A stretch of DNA of 64,000 nucleotides from Microvirga sp. (GCA_029266525.1 JAQSWQ010000006.1:9370-73369), one strand, 5' to 3'; positions 1 to 11,048 are shown, counted from the stretch's first letter. Numbers and translations: made by a program. The notes: generated by a model not told the origin, from the letters alone.

Positions 1-63
1 ATCTCGATGCCGCGGCCGCAGGTGCTGAACGCGCAGGACGAGGCGGGGGTCACCGGGAAGTAG

Positions 64-690
64 ATGAGCCCGGCCGACACGCTCGTCACGCTGGCGGCGC
101 TCTGGCTCGTCGCCGTCGTGACGCCGGGGCCGAACGTCCTGTTCTTCACGTCTCTCGCGCTGTCCTCGCCGAAGCGTAGCGTGATCGCGGCGGGCGCAGG
201 CATCGTCCTCGGCACGGCCGCCTGGGGGCTCGCCGGACTGTTCGGGCTCCTGTGGCTCTTTGAGGTTTTCCCGGCGCTCGCGGTCGCGGTGAAGGCGCTC
301 GGGGGCGCCTATCTCGCCTGGATCGGATTCAGGATCCTGTGGGGGAGCTTGCGCCCGCCCGCGCCAGCGGCCGCGCTGCGCGAGGCCGTGCCGCTCTCGC
401 CGATGAAGGCATTCTCGCTTGCCGTTGCGACCAATCTCTCCAATCCGAAATCGCTCGTCTTTGTGACCTCCCTCTTTGCGGTGACGCATCTCGCCGAGGC
501 GCCGCTCGCGGTCGGCCTCGCCGGGGTCGCGATCATGACGGCGATGTCGACCGGTTATTACTGCCTCTACGGCCTGCTACTTCGCCTGACCCCGGTGGCG
601 CGCCGCGAAGGCCGCCTGAAGCGCGCCGTCGGCGTCCTCATCGGCGCTGCGCTGATGGGCTTCGGCGTCCGCATGGCCCTCGAGCGTTGA
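64..690 (+). CDS. LysE/RhtB-family amino-acid efflux permease
   Basis: 208-aa ORF with several hydrophobic helices and the N-terminal VVTPGPN motif typical of LysE/RhtB exporters. The ATG at 64 directly follows a TAG at 61-63. Confidence 0.8.
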   Translation: MSPADTLVTLAALWLVAVVTPGPNVLFFTSLALSSPKRSVIAAGAGIVLGTAAWGLAGLFGLLWLFEVFPALAVAVKALGGAYLAWIGFRILWGSLRPPAPAAALREAVPLSPMKAFSLAVATNLSNPKSLVFVTSLFAVTHLAEAPLAVGLAGVAIMTAMSTGYYCLYGLLLRLTPVARREGRLKRAVGVLIGAALMGFGVRMALER

Positions 691-692
691 GC

Positions 693-1310
693 ATGATCGA
701 TCGACGCGCCCTGCTGCTCGGCCCGCTCGCGGCCTGCACCGGCACGCCAGCCCTCGCCCAACCCGAGGCGCTGCGCGTACCGATCGAGATCGTCGAGGAG
801 GCTCTCGAGCTCGAGGCGGCGATCCGCGTCGGCAATCCCAGGGGCGACGTCACGCTGATCGAGTTCTTCGACTACAACTGTCCTTGGTGCAAACGGTCGG
901 CCGCCGACCTGCCGGGGCTGTTCGCGGCCGAGCCCGACCTCGCCTATGTGCTCGTGAATTTCGCCGTGCTCGGCGCTCCTTCGGTCGGAGCGACCAAGGT
1001 CGCGCTCGGGTTTTTCGACCTCTACGGGCCGCAGCGCTATCTGTTGCTGCATCAGCGGCTGTTCGCCTTGCGCGGCGTGATCGACGCTCCGCGTGCGCTG
1101 AAGGAAGCGGCCGAGCTCGGCGCCGGCTCCGGGCGCCTGATCGCGACCGCCGATTCGCGCAAGATCATCGACTGGATGACCGAGGCGTTGCGCGTCGGCA
1201 ACTCGCTCGGCCTTGCCGCGACACCCTCCTTCGTGATCGGTCCCGAGGCCTATCAGGGCTATCTCAGCCTTGCCCGCAAGCGCGCGCTGATCGCGAAGGC
1301 GCGCGCCTGA
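693..1310 (+). CDS. DsbA-family thiol:disulfide oxidoreductase (secreted thioredoxin fold)
   Basis: I use the internal ATG at 693 of the 339..1310 ORF, 2 nt after the upstream stop, giving 205 aa. The N-terminus is signal-like (LLLGPLAACTGTPALAQ) and FFDYNCPWCK carries a CxxC motif. Confidence 0.8.
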   Translation: MIDRRALLLGPLAACTGTPALAQPEALRVPIEIVEEALELEAAIRVGNPRGDVTLIEFFDYNCPWCKRSAADLPGLFAAEPDLAYVLVNFAVLGAPSVGATKVALGFFDLYGPQRYLLLHQRLFALRGVIDAPRALKEAAELGAGSGRLIATADSRKIIDWMTEALRVGNSLGLAATPSFVIGPEAYQGYLSLARKRALIAKARA

Positions 1311-1317
1311 GGGGCGT

Positions 1318-2553
1318 TCAGCGGATCGGCGCGTTGCGCCCTTCCGCGGGGCCGTGCTTCGCAAGCTCGATCTTGGCGACCGTCTCGCGATGCACCTCGT
1401 CGGGGCCGTCGGCGAGCCGCAGCACGCGGGCGCGGGCGAAGGCATAGGCGAGGTGGAAGTCTTGGGAGACGCCGCCGCCGCCGCAGACCTCGATCGCGCG
1501 GTCGACCACGCGCTGGGCGACGTTCGGGGCGACGACCTTGATCATCGCGATCTCGGCCCGGGCGGCCTTGTTGCCGACCTCGTCCATCATGCGGGCGGCC
1601 TGGAGCGTAAGCAGCCGCGCCTGGTCGATGTCCATGCGCGACTCGGCGATCCAGTGGCGGGTCACGCCCTGCTCGGCGATGGGCTTGCCGAAGGCGACCC
1701 GCGACAGCGAGCGCCGGCACATCGTCTCGAGCGCGCGCTCGGCGAGCCCGATGCAGCGCATGCAGTGGTGGATGCGCCCCGGGCCGAGCCGCCCCTGCGC
1801 GATCTCGAAGCCGCGGCCTTCGCCGAGGAGGATGTTCGAGGCCGGCACCCGTACGTCCTCGAACGTCACCTCGGCATGGCCGTGCGGCGCGTCGTCGTAG
1901 CCGAAGACGGAGAGGTGGCGCACGACCTTCACGCCGGGCGTGTCCATCGGCACGAGGATCATCGACTGCTGCTTGTGCTTCGCCGCGGCGGGATCGGTCT
2001 TGCCCATGAAGATCGCGATCTTGCAGCGCGGATCCATGGCGCCCGAGGTCCACCACTTGCGGCCGGTGATGACGTAATGGTCGCCGTCGCGGCGGATGTC
2101 CGATTGGATGTTGGTGGCGTCGGACGAGGCGACGGCGGGCTCGGTCATGGCGAAGCAGGAGCGGATCTCGCCGTCGAGCAGCGGCTTCAGCCATTCCTCC
2201 TTCTGCGCCTCGCTGCCGTAGCGGATGATGGTCTCCATGTTGCCGGTGTCGGGCGCCGAGCAGTTGAAGGGCTCGGGACCGATCGGCGAGCGGCCCATGA
2301 TCTCGCAGAGATGCGCGTATTCCTCGTTCGTGAGGGCGTCGGGATACCCGTGCTTGGGCAGGAAGAGGTTCCACAACCCTTCGGCCTTCGCCCTGGCCTT
2401 GAGCTCCTCCATGACCGGCGGCACGTGCCAGCGGCTCGGCAGCCCGTTCAGCTGCTCCTCGTAGAGGTCCTCGGCCGGATAGACGTGCTCCTCCATGAAG
2501 GCGGTGACCCGCTTCCTCAGGTCTTCGACGCGGGGCGAGAGGGGGAAGAGCAT
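1318..2553 (-). CDS. acyl-CoA dehydrogenase (ACAD10/11- or FadE2-like branch)
   Basis: 411-aa ORF with full ACAD architecture ([28 protein letters not shown]-terminal LADGPDEVH). It is the last gene of the minus-strand beta-oxidation string. Confidence 0.9.
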   Translation of the reverse strand: MLFPLSPRVEDLRKRVTAFMEEHVYPAEDLYEEQLNGLPSRWHVPPVMEELKARAKAEGLWNLFLPKHGYPDALTNEEYAHLCEIMGRSPIGPEPFNCSAPDTGNMETIIRYGSEAQKEEWLKPLLDGEIRSCFAMTEPAVASSDATNIQSDIRRDGDHYVITGRKWWTSGAMDPRCKIAIFMGKTDPAAAKHKQQSMILVPMDTPGVKVVRHLSVFGYDDAPHGHAEVTFEDVRVPASNILLGEGRGFEIAQGRLGPGRIHHCMRCIGLAERALETMCRRSLSRVAFGKPIAEQGVTRHWIAESRMDIDQARLLTLQAARMMDEVGNKAARAEIAMIKVVAPNVAQRVVDRAIEVCGGGGVSQDFHLAYAFARARVLRLADGPDEVHRETVAKIELAKHGPAEGRNAPIR

Positions 2554-2568
2554 GGGGACCTCGTTGAT

Positions 2569-2742
2569 CCCCTCCCCCTTGCGGGGAGGGGTAGGGGTGG
2601 GGGTCGGGGGCGTAGAGCTCAGGCTCGGAAGTCGAGCTCAACTGTACCAGCATCGAGCGCGAAGGGTTGGAGTCGCGCTCGACACACCAACCCCACCCGG
2701 CTCGGCCTTCGGCCGAGTCCGCCCTCCCCGCAGGGCGGAGGG
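2569..2742. repeat. G/C-tract hairpin-ended intergenic repeat element (about 174 bp)
   Basis: The left end is the hairpin cccctcccc-cttgc-ggggagggg (2569-2591) and the right end is ccgccct-ccccgc-agggcgg (2719-2738). The subterminal ggggtggggg / ccccaccc tracts are inverted, and there are internal perfect hairpins such as ctcggcc-ttc-ggccgag. It fills the gap between two ACAD genes. Confidence 0.6.
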
Positions 2743-2745
2743 AAT

Positions 2746-3891
2746 TCAACTCACCAATCCCCCCGCCTCCGCCACCGCGGCGAGATGGTGGTCGGCGTCG
2801 CCGAACAGCGTGTCGATCATGGTGACGCGCTTGAAGTAGTGGCCGACCGAGAATTCCATGGTCATGCCGACGCCGCCATGAAGCTGGATCGCCTGCTGGC
2901 CGATGAACTTCCCCGAGCGGCCGATCTGCACCTTCGCGGCCGCGACCGCCTTGCGGCGCTCGTCCGCGTCCTCAGCTTGGGCCATCATGGTCGCGAACAT
3001 CGCCATCGAGCGCGCCTGCTCGAGCGCCACGAACATGTCGGCGCCGCGATGCTGCAGGACCTGGAAGGAGCCGATCGGGACGCCGAACTGCTTGCGGGTC
3101 TTGAGATAGTCGATCGTGAGCCGGTGCATCTCGCCCATGGCGCCGACTGCCTCGGCGCAGAGCGCGGCGATCGCCTCATCGACCACGCGCTCGACCAGCG
3201 GCAAGCCGTTTCCGGCGTCGCCGAGCACCGCTTCCGGTCCGACGCGCACGCTCGCAAGCGAGATTTCGGCCGCGCGCTGGCCGTCCTGGGTCGGGTAGCC
3301 GCGCCGCGAGACGCCCGCCGCGTTCGCGTCGACGAGGAAGACGCCGATGCCGCTGCGGTCGCGCCGCCCGCCGGCCGTGCGGGCGGTGACGATCAGCTTG
3401 TCGGCCGAATCGCCGTGCACGACCACGCCCTTGTCGCCTTCGAGCACGAAGCCCGGGCCGTCGCGCTTCGCGGTCGTCGCCACGTCGAACAGGTCGAAGC
3501 GCGATTGCCGCTCCGTGTGGGCGAAGGCGAGGGTCAGCTCGCCGGCGGCGATTTGCGGGATGAGCTCGGATTTCTGGGCATCGGTTCCGCCGTGGCGCAG
3601 GAAGCCGCCGCCCAGGATGACCGTTGCGAGATAAGGCTCGAGCACGAGGGCGCGGCCGAACGCCTCCATGACGATCATGGTCTCGACCGCGCCGCCGCCG
3701 AAGCCGCCATGCTCCTCGGCGAAGGGCAGGCCGAGGAGACCGAGCTCGGCATATTGCGCCCAGAGCTCGCGGCTGAAGCCCTCGGGCTCCTGTTGGTAGT
3801 GCCGACGCTCGTCGAAGCCGTAGCGGTCGGCCACGAGCCGGTCGACGCTGTCCTTCAGGAGCCGCTGCTCGTCGGTAAGGTCGAAGTCCAT
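2746..3891 (-). CDS. acyl-CoA dehydrogenase, PimD-like (putative small subunit of a two-subunit ACAD)
   Basis: 381-aa ORF (MDFDLTDEQRLL...) with an ACAD fold (IGSFQVLQHRGADM). Its size and pairing with the 399-aa ACAD upstream recall, from memory, the PimC/PimD pair of Rhodopseudomonas. Confidence 0.85.
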   Translation of the reverse strand: MDFDLTDEQRLLKDSVDRLVADRYGFDERRHYQQEPEGFSRELWAQYAELGLLGLPFAEEHGGFGGGAVETMIVMEAFGRALVLEPYLATVILGGGFLRHGGTDAQKSELIPQIAAGELTLAFAHTERQSRFDLFDVATTAKRDGPGFVLEGDKGVVVHGDSADKLIVTARTAGGRRDRSGIGVFLVDANAAGVSRRGYPTQDGQRAAEISLASVRVGPEAVLGDAGNGLPLVERVVDEAIAALCAEAVGAMGEMHRLTIDYLKTRKQFGVPIGSFQVLQHRGADMFVALEQARSMAMFATMMAQAEDADERRKAVAAAKVQIGRSGKFIGQQAIQLHGGVGMTMEFSVGHYFKRVTMIDTLFGDADHHLAAVAEAGGLVS

Positions 3892-3901
3892 GCATGCCCC
3901 G

Positions 3902-4293
3902 CTGTCATTCCGGGGCTCGCCGAAGGCGAGAGCCCGGAACCCATAAACACTGCTGGTTTAGGACGAGGTACAGATCCTGCCACTCCGGGTTCATCTCCTC
4001 GATTAGCCGGATCTTCCAGTCGCGCCATTTCTTCAGCGCCTTCTCGCGTGCGATCGCCTCCTCGATGCGCTCGTAAGTTTCGTCCCAAACAAGACGATCG
4101 ACGCCGTAACTAGCCGAGAATCCCGTGTACACCTTTGTCTTGTGCTCCCAGATACGGCGCGACAGGTTGTTGGTGACGCCGAGATAGAGGGTGCCGTACC
4201 GTCCGCTTGCAGTCATGTAGACGTAGTACGTCATCGCCGCCGTCGGTGGTTATGGGTCCGGGCTCGGCGCTACGCGCCGCCCCGGAATGACAG
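3902..4293. mobile_element. inverted-repeat-bounded element carrying a GIY-YIG nuclease gene
   Basis: The 49-nt left terminus (3902-3950) and 48-nt right terminus (4246-4293) are inverted copies, ctgtcattccgggg...cccggaatgacag. The interior is visibly more A/T-rich. The same termini occur without cargo at 42082-42222. Confidence 0.55.
3905..4234 (-). CDS. GIY-YIG (URI-domain) nuclease family protein, YhbQ/COG2827-like
   Basis: 109-aa ORF. YYVYMTAS..GTLYLGVTNNLSRRIWEHK...YERIEEAIAREKALKKW matches the GIY-YIG core (GIY...YVG...R..EH...E). The last ~15 codons and the stop are encoded by the left terminal repeat. Confidence 0.85.
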   Translation of the reverse strand: MTYYVYMTASGRYGTLYLGVTNNLSRRIWEHKTKVYTGFSASYGVDRLVWDETYERIEEAIAREKALKKWRDWKIRLIEEMNPEWQDLYLVLNQQCLWVPGSRLRRAPE

Positions 4294-4298
4294 CACCA

Positions 4299-5498
4299 TC
4301 ACAACCCCAATATCGCCTTGGCGATGATGTTCTTCTGGATCTCGTTCGAGCCGCCATAGATCGAGATCTTGCGCCAGTTGAAATAGGTCGGCGCGACCGG
4401 GCCGGCCCAGTCGGGGCCGATCGGCGGCTCGTTGGTGCCGTGCTCGGGCTCCTCCTGGTAGGGCATACTGTACGGGCCGACGACCTCCATCAGGAGCTCG
4501 GTCGTGGCCTGCTGGATCTCCGAGCCCTTGATCTTGAGGATCGAGGAGGCGGGATCGGGCCTGCCCTTCTCCCGGTTCCGCTCGGCCGCGACGACGCGCA
4601 GCTGCGTCATCTCGAGGGCCTTGAGCTCGATCTCGACCGCCGCAAGCTTCTCGCGGAAGCGCGGGACTTGGATCAGCGGCACGTCGCCGATGCGCTCGAG
4701 CGAGGCAAGCTCCTTGATGCGCCGGATGCGTTCCTTCGAGACGCCGACGCGGGCGATGCCGACGCGCTCGTTGCCCAGAAGAAACTTGGCGTAGTCCCAG
4801 CCCTTGTTCTCCTGCCCGACGAGGTTCGTGGCGGGCACGCGCACGTCGTCGAGGAAGACCTCGTTGACCTCGCGCCCGCCGTCGATGGTCTGGATCGGGC
4901 GCACGGTGATGCCCGGCGTCTTCATATCGATGAGCAGGAACGAGATGCCCTCCTGCTTCTTCGCCGCCGGGTCGGTGCGCACGAGGCAGAAGATCCAGTC
5001 GGCATATTGGCCGAGCGTGGTCCAGGTCTTCTGGCCGTTGACGATGTAAGCGTCGCCGTCGCGCTTGGCGCTCGTCTTGAGCGAGGCAAGGTCGGAGCCG
5101 GAGCCGGGCTCGGAGAAGCCCTGGCACCACCAATCGTCGAGATTGGCGATGCGCGGCAGGAAGCGGCGCTTCTGTTCTTCCGAGCCAAACTCGATGATCA
5201 CCGGCCCGACCATGCTGACCCCGAAGGGCAAGGGCGAGGGCGCCGGGGCCTGCTGCAGCTCGTCCTGGAAGATGTACTGCCGCACCGGGTCCCAGCCGGT
5301 GCCGCCCCACTCGACCGGCCAGTGCGGCACCGCCCAGCCCTTCCGGTTGAGGATGCGCGTCCACTCGACGAGCTCTTCCTTCGTGGTGTGGTGCCCCTGC
5401 ACCAGCTTCTGGCGGATACGCTCGGGCAGCGCAGCGCGAAAGAATTCGCGCACCTCCTCGCGGAAGGCGTTTTCCTCGCGGGTGAAGCGGAGGTCCAT
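4299..5498 (-). CDS. acyl-CoA dehydrogenase, PimC-like (putative large subunit)
   Basis: 399-aa ORF (MDLRFTREENAFREEV...) with an ACAD fold including WCQGFSEPGSGSD and a C-terminal IYGGSNEIQ. Confidence 0.9.
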   Translation of the reverse strand: MDLRFTREENAFREEVREFFRAALPERIRQKLVQGHHTTKEELVEWTRILNRKGWAVPHWPVEWGGTGWDPVRQYIFQDELQQAPAPSPLPFGVSMVGPVIIEFGSEEQKRRFLPRIANLDDWWCQGFSEPGSGSDLASLKTSAKRDGDAYIVNGQKTWTTLGQYADWIFCLVRTDPAAKKQEGISFLLIDMKTPGITVRPIQTIDGGREVNEVFLDDVRVPATNLVGQENKGWDYAKFLLGNERVGIARVGVSKERIRRIKELASLERIGDVPLIQVPRFREKLAAVEIELKALEMTQLRVVAAERNREKGRPDPASSILKIKGSEIQQATTELLMEVVGPYSMPYQEEPEHGTNEPPIGPDWAGPVAPTYFNWRKISIYGGSNEIQKNIIAKAILGL

Positions 5499-5526
5499 GG
5501 CGGGCTCCTTTTCGTCTCAGTACGGT

Positions 5527-5621
5527 GTCATCCCGGAAGCCGCGAAGCGGCTATCCGGGACCCATGGCGCCGGAGCGTGGTCGTGGGTCCCGGATAGCGG
5601 CTGCGCCGCTTCCGGGATGAC
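5527..5621. repeat. GTCAT...ATGAC double-hairpin palindromic element (type A)
   Basis: The arms gtcatcccggaagccgcgaagcggctatccgggaccca and tgggtcccggatagcggctgcgccgcttccgggatgac are inverted copies, and each arm is itself a hairpin (tcccgga..tccggga). Confidence 0.75.
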
Positions 5622-5641
5622 CATGGAGAGGTGAAGCGAAC

Positions 5642-7309
5642 TCACGACGCTTCCCGCAGCCGCGCCTTTGCCCTCTCCTCCTCGACCAGCTCCTTCTTCG
5701 AGAGCTTGCCGACGGCGGTGCGGGGGAGAGCTTCGCGGATCTCGAGCGCCGCGGGCATCTCGTGCCGGCCGATCTTGTCGGCGAGGAAGGCGCGCAAGGC
5801 CTCGAGCGTGAGCGGCGTCGCGCCCTCGCGCAGCTTCACGAAGGCTTTGGCGGCCTCGCCGCGATAAGGATCAGGCACGCCGACCACGATCGCCTCCTCG
5901 ACATCGGGGTGCTCGTAGACTGCCTCCTCGATCACCCGCGGATAGACGTTGAAGCCCCCGGAGATGATCATGTCCTTCTTGCGGTCGACGAGGAAGAAAT
6001 AGCCGTCCTCGTCCATGTGCCCGATGTCGCCGGTGAGGAACCAGCCGTCGACGAAGGCGGCGGCCGTCTCCTCGGGGCGGTTCCAGTAGCCCTTCATGAC
6101 GTTGCGGGCCCGGATCGCGATCTCGCCCTTCTGGTTCGGCCCGAGCTCCCGGCGCGGATCGTCGAGCGACACGATGCCCATCTCGATCCCCGGCAGAGGC
6201 AGGCCCATCGAGCCGGGCTTGCCCGGCCCGTCGAGGGGGAGATTGGTGCCGGCGGGTGCGGTCTCGGTCATGCCCCAGCCGCCGCCGAGCCGGTGTCCGG
6301 TCAATCGCCGGAAGCGCTGCTCGATCTCGACCGGGAGCGAGGCCCCGCCCGAGCCGCAGAAGGTGAGCGAGGAGAGGTCGCGCTTCTCGATTCCGGGCAG
6401 GTTCGTCAGCGCGATCCACATGGTCGGCACGCCCGCGAACGCCGTCGCACGCTTGACCTCGATGTCGTGCAGGATCGACTCGGGCTCGAATTTCTCGCGC
6501 AGCAGCATCTCGTTGCCGTGCTTGACCTGGCGCAGCAGGATCGTGGTCAGCGCGTAGATGTGGAAGAGCGGCAGCACGAGGATGTTCCTGCCGCCTTCGA
6601 GCGCGCGCCCCTGGCCGACATACCATTGGTCGTAGCTCGACACCGCAGCGGTGAGGTTCGCATGGGTGAGCATCGCGCCCTTCGGCACGCCGGTGGTGCC
6701 GCCGGTATATTGGAGGAGCGCCACGTCCTCGATCGCCACCTCGGGGAAGATCGCGCCGCCGGCATCAGCCATGAGGTCGGCGATCGTGGTGATACCCGGC
6801 GCTTGCGGCATCGGCGCCAGCGGGAAGGCTCCCGGTCCCCATTCCGCGTCGTCGCCGACGACGAGCAGGTCGAGGAGCCCAGCCTCCTTCAGCTTCTGCG
6901 CCTTCGGCATGAGGCCCGCCCAGTTGGTCGTGACGAGCACCCGTGCGCCCGAGTCCTTGAGCTTATGGGCGAGCTCGCGCTCCGCTTCGAGCGCGCTCAT
7001 GTGCACGGCGCGGATGCCCGCCTTCATGCAGGCGAAGAAGGCGATCGGGTGATAGGGCGTGTTCGGCAGATAGAGCCCGACGGCGGAGCCCGGTCCGAGG
7101 CCGCGGGCGAGGAAGGCTGCGGCCAGGCGATCGACCTTGTCGGCGAGATCCCGGTAGGTGATGGTCCGGTCGCGAAAGTCGAAGGCCGGGCTCCCGGCCG
7201 AGCGGGCAAGGCCGCGATCGAGCAGCGCCGAGACCGTCGAAACCTCGATCGGCGCGTCCCACGACAGGCTCGGCGGGTAGGATCTCTCCCAGGGGAACGG
7301 GCGTTTCAT
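5642..7309 (-). CDS. AMP-dependent acyl-CoA synthetase (long-chain/dicarboxylate-CoA ligase, FadD/PimA-like)
   Basis: 555-aa ORF with the AMP-binding signature LQYTGGTTGVPKGAMLTH and a later GWFLTGDIG motif. Confidence 0.9.
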   Translation of the reverse strand: MKRPFPWERSYPPSLSWDAPIEVSTVSALLDRGLARSAGSPAFDFRDRTITYRDLADKVDRLAAAFLARGLGPGSAVGLYLPNTPYHPIAFFACMKAGIRAVHMSALEAERELAHKLKDSGARVLVTTNWAGLMPKAQKLKEAGLLDLLVVGDDAEWGPGAFPLAPMPQAPGITTIADLMADAGGAIFPEVAIEDVALLQYTGGTTGVPKGAMLTHANLTAAVSSYDQWYVGQGRALEGGRNILVLPLFHIYALTTILLRQVKHGNEMLLREKFEPESILHDIEVKRATAFAGVPTMWIALTNLPGIEKRDLSSLTFCGSGGASLPVEIEQRFRRLTGHRLGGGWGMTETAPAGTNLPLDGPGKPGSMGLPLPGIEMGIVSLDDPRRELGPNQKGEIAIRARNVMKGYWNRPEETAAAFVDGWFLTGDIGHMDEDGYFFLVDRKKDMIISGGFNVYPRVIEEAVYEHPDVEEAIVVGVPDPYRGEAAKAFVKLREGATPLTLEALRAFLADKIGRHEMPAALEIREALPRTAVGKLSKKELVEEERAKARLREAS

Positions 7310-7330
7310 GGCGCGCGCATCCTTCGCGCC

Positions 7331-7440
7331 GTCGTCCCGGAAGCCGCGCAGCGGCTATCCGGGACCCACCCCCACGCGCCGGCGCCATGGGTCCCGGATC
7401 GGCGCCGCACCGCTGCGCGCTGCGGCGCGTCCGGGACGAC
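7331..7440. repeat. GTCGT...ACGAC double-hairpin palindromic element (type A variant)
   Basis: The left arm gtcgtcccggaagccgcgcagcggctatccgggaccc is inverted at ...gggtcccggatcgg...gtccgggacgac. It lies between the ligase start and the hydratase/dehydrogenase stop. Confidence 0.7.
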
Positions 7441-7466
7441 CCCGGCGATCGGACGAGAGCGTACGA

Positions 7467-9572
<2,106 letters not shown>

Positions 9573-9645
9573 GTTTCCTCGCCTCTTGTTCTTGGGTTTA
9601 GATCGCTAGGCCAGAGACACGCCTTATCACAAGTCAGGAGCCCGC

Positions 9646-10410
9646 ATGAGCACCCCCTTCGACCTCACGGATAAGGTCGCCGTCGTCACGGGCTCGAGCC
9701 GCGGCATCGGGCGCTCGATCGCCGAGACCATGGCCCGGATGGGGGCGCGGGTGGTCGTCTCCAGCCGCAAGGGCGAGGCCTGCGAGCCGGTCGCGGCCGG
9801 CATCCGCGACAAGGGCGACGAGGCCGTCGTGATCCCATGCAACATCTCCCGCCGCAACGAGGTCGAGGCGCTGATCCGCGGCGCCGAGGCGCAGCTCGGA
9901 CCGATCGACATCCTCGTCTGCAATGCGGCCGTGAACCCGTATTACGGGCCGCTCGGCGAGATCACGGACGAGGCTTTCGACAAGATCATGGGCGCGAACG
10001 TGAAGAGCAATCTCTGGCTCTGCAGCCTCGCGATCCCCGGCATGGCCGAGCGGGGCGGCGGCGCGGTGATCATCGTGTCGTCGATCGCCGGCATCCGCGG
10101 CACCGAGATGATCGGCGCCTACGGCATCTCGAAGGCCGCCGATTTCGCGCTTTGCCGTAATCTCGCCGTCGAGTGGGGGCCGAGGAACGTGCGCGTCAAC
10201 TGCATCGCTCCGGGCCTCGTGAAGACCGATTTCGCTCGCGCGCTGTGGGAGGACGAGAAGGCGCTGGAGCGCCGCAACCGCGCGACGCCGCTCCGCCGCA
10301 TCGGCGCGCCGGACGAGATCGGGGGCGTCGCGGCCTTCCTCGCCTCGCCCGCCGCAAGCTTCATCACCGGCCAGGTGATCGTCGCCGACGGCGGGGTGAC
10401 GATCGCGTGA
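9646..10410 (+). CDS. SDR-family oxidoreductase
   Basis: 254-aa ORF with the cofactor motif VTGSSRGIGRSIA and the catalytic YGISKAA (YxxxK). It is divergent from the beta-oxidation operon. Confidence 0.85.
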   Translation: MSTPFDLTDKVAVVTGSSRGIGRSIAETMARMGARVVVSSRKGEACEPVAAGIRDKGDEAVVIPCNISRRNEVEALIRGAEAQLGPIDILVCNAAVNPYYGPLGEITDEAFDKIMGANVKSNLWLCSLAIPGMAERGGGAVIIVSSIAGIRGTEMIGAYGISKAADFALCRNLAVEWGPRNVRVNCIAPGLVKTDFARALWEDEKALERRNRATPLRRIGAPDEIGGVAAFLASPAASFITGQVIVADGGVTIA

Positions 10411-10430
10411 GGGGTTGCGCTCGTTGCGCG

Positions 10431-10524
10431 GTCGTCCCGGCCGGAGCGCAGCGGAGAGCCGGGACCTACTGCCGCCCCCGGCGTGTGGGTCCCGGATAGC
10501 CGCTGACGCGGCTTCCGGGATGAC
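10431..10524. repeat. double-hairpin palindromic element (type A)
   Basis: gtcgtcccggccggagcgcagcggagagccgggacc ... gggtcccggatagccgctgacgcggcttccgggatgac. It lies between the SDR stop and the NUDIX start. Confidence 0.7.
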
Positions 10525-10545
10525 CCGCGGGCAAAGGTTAGACAC

Positions 10546-11016
10546 ATGGCCGTCAGGAGTGCTGGTATCCTGCTCTACAAGCACGAAGCCGGAGAGGTTC
10601 GCGTGCTGCTCGTGCATCCCGGCGGGCCGTTTTGGGCCAAGAAGGACGCCGGCGCCTGGTCGATTCCGAAGGGCGAGTACGGGGACGGCGAAGACCCCGA
10701 AGCCGCCGCCCGCCGCGAGTTCGAGGAGGAGCTCGGCGTCGCGCTCACCGGCGAGCTGAGGCCGCTCGGCGAAGCCGTCCAGCCGAGCCGCAAGCGCGTG
10801 ATCGCCTACGCCTGCGGGGGCGATCTCGACGTCGCCGCGATCCGCAGCAATAGCTTCGAGATCGAATGGCCGCCGAAGAGCGGCCGCCGCCAACACTTTC
10901 CCGAGATCGACCGCGCCGGCTGGTTCACGCTCGACGAGGCGCGCGAGAAGATCCTTTCCGGCCAGCGCGTCTTCCTGGACCAGCTGCGCGAAAACCTGCA
11001 AACCCCCTCATGCTGA
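10546..11016 (+). CDS. NUDIX hydrolase (COG4119-like NTP pyrophosphohydrolase)
   Basis: 156-aa ORF with the Nudix box GEYGDGEDPEAAARREFEEELG and the LLVHPGGPFWAKKDAGAWSIPKGE segment typical of this subgroup. Confidence 0.8.
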   Translation: MAVRSAGILLYKHEAGEVRVLLVHPGGPFWAKKDAGAWSIPKGEYGDGEDPEAAARREFEEELGVALTGELRPLGEAVQPSRKRVIAYACGGDLDVAAIRSNSFEIEWPPKSGRRQHFPEIDRAGWFTLDEAREKILSGQRVFLDQLRENLQTPSC

Positions 11017-11048
11017 GGCGGGTCTGAACCCGGCAGGAAACCGGCCCG

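Noticed and set aside
1-63. Open frame ending at TAG 61-63 (..MPRPQVLNAQDEAGVTGK), a possible 3' end of an upstream gene.
   Set aside because: It is only 20 codons and I cannot assign a family or confirm that it is coding, so I did not list it as a feature.
339-692. 118-codon N-terminal extension of the DsbA-like ORF overlapping the LysE-type gene in another frame.
   Set aside because: The extension is Arg/Ala/Gly-rich with no structure. The ATG at 693 gives a signal peptide and sits 2 nt after the upstream stop.
1354-4113. 919-aa ORF on the plus strand spanning two ACAD genes and the GIY-YIG element. Similar giant ORFs lie at 19112-22204 (+), 35441-38146 (-), 49986-52727 (-), 54120-56174 (-) and 47716-49692 (-, upstream part).
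   Set aside because: They run antisense to, or out of frame with, genes that have clear family motifs. Their translations are Arg/Ala/Gly/Pro-rich low-complexity strings typical of stop-poor alternative frames in high-GC DNA.
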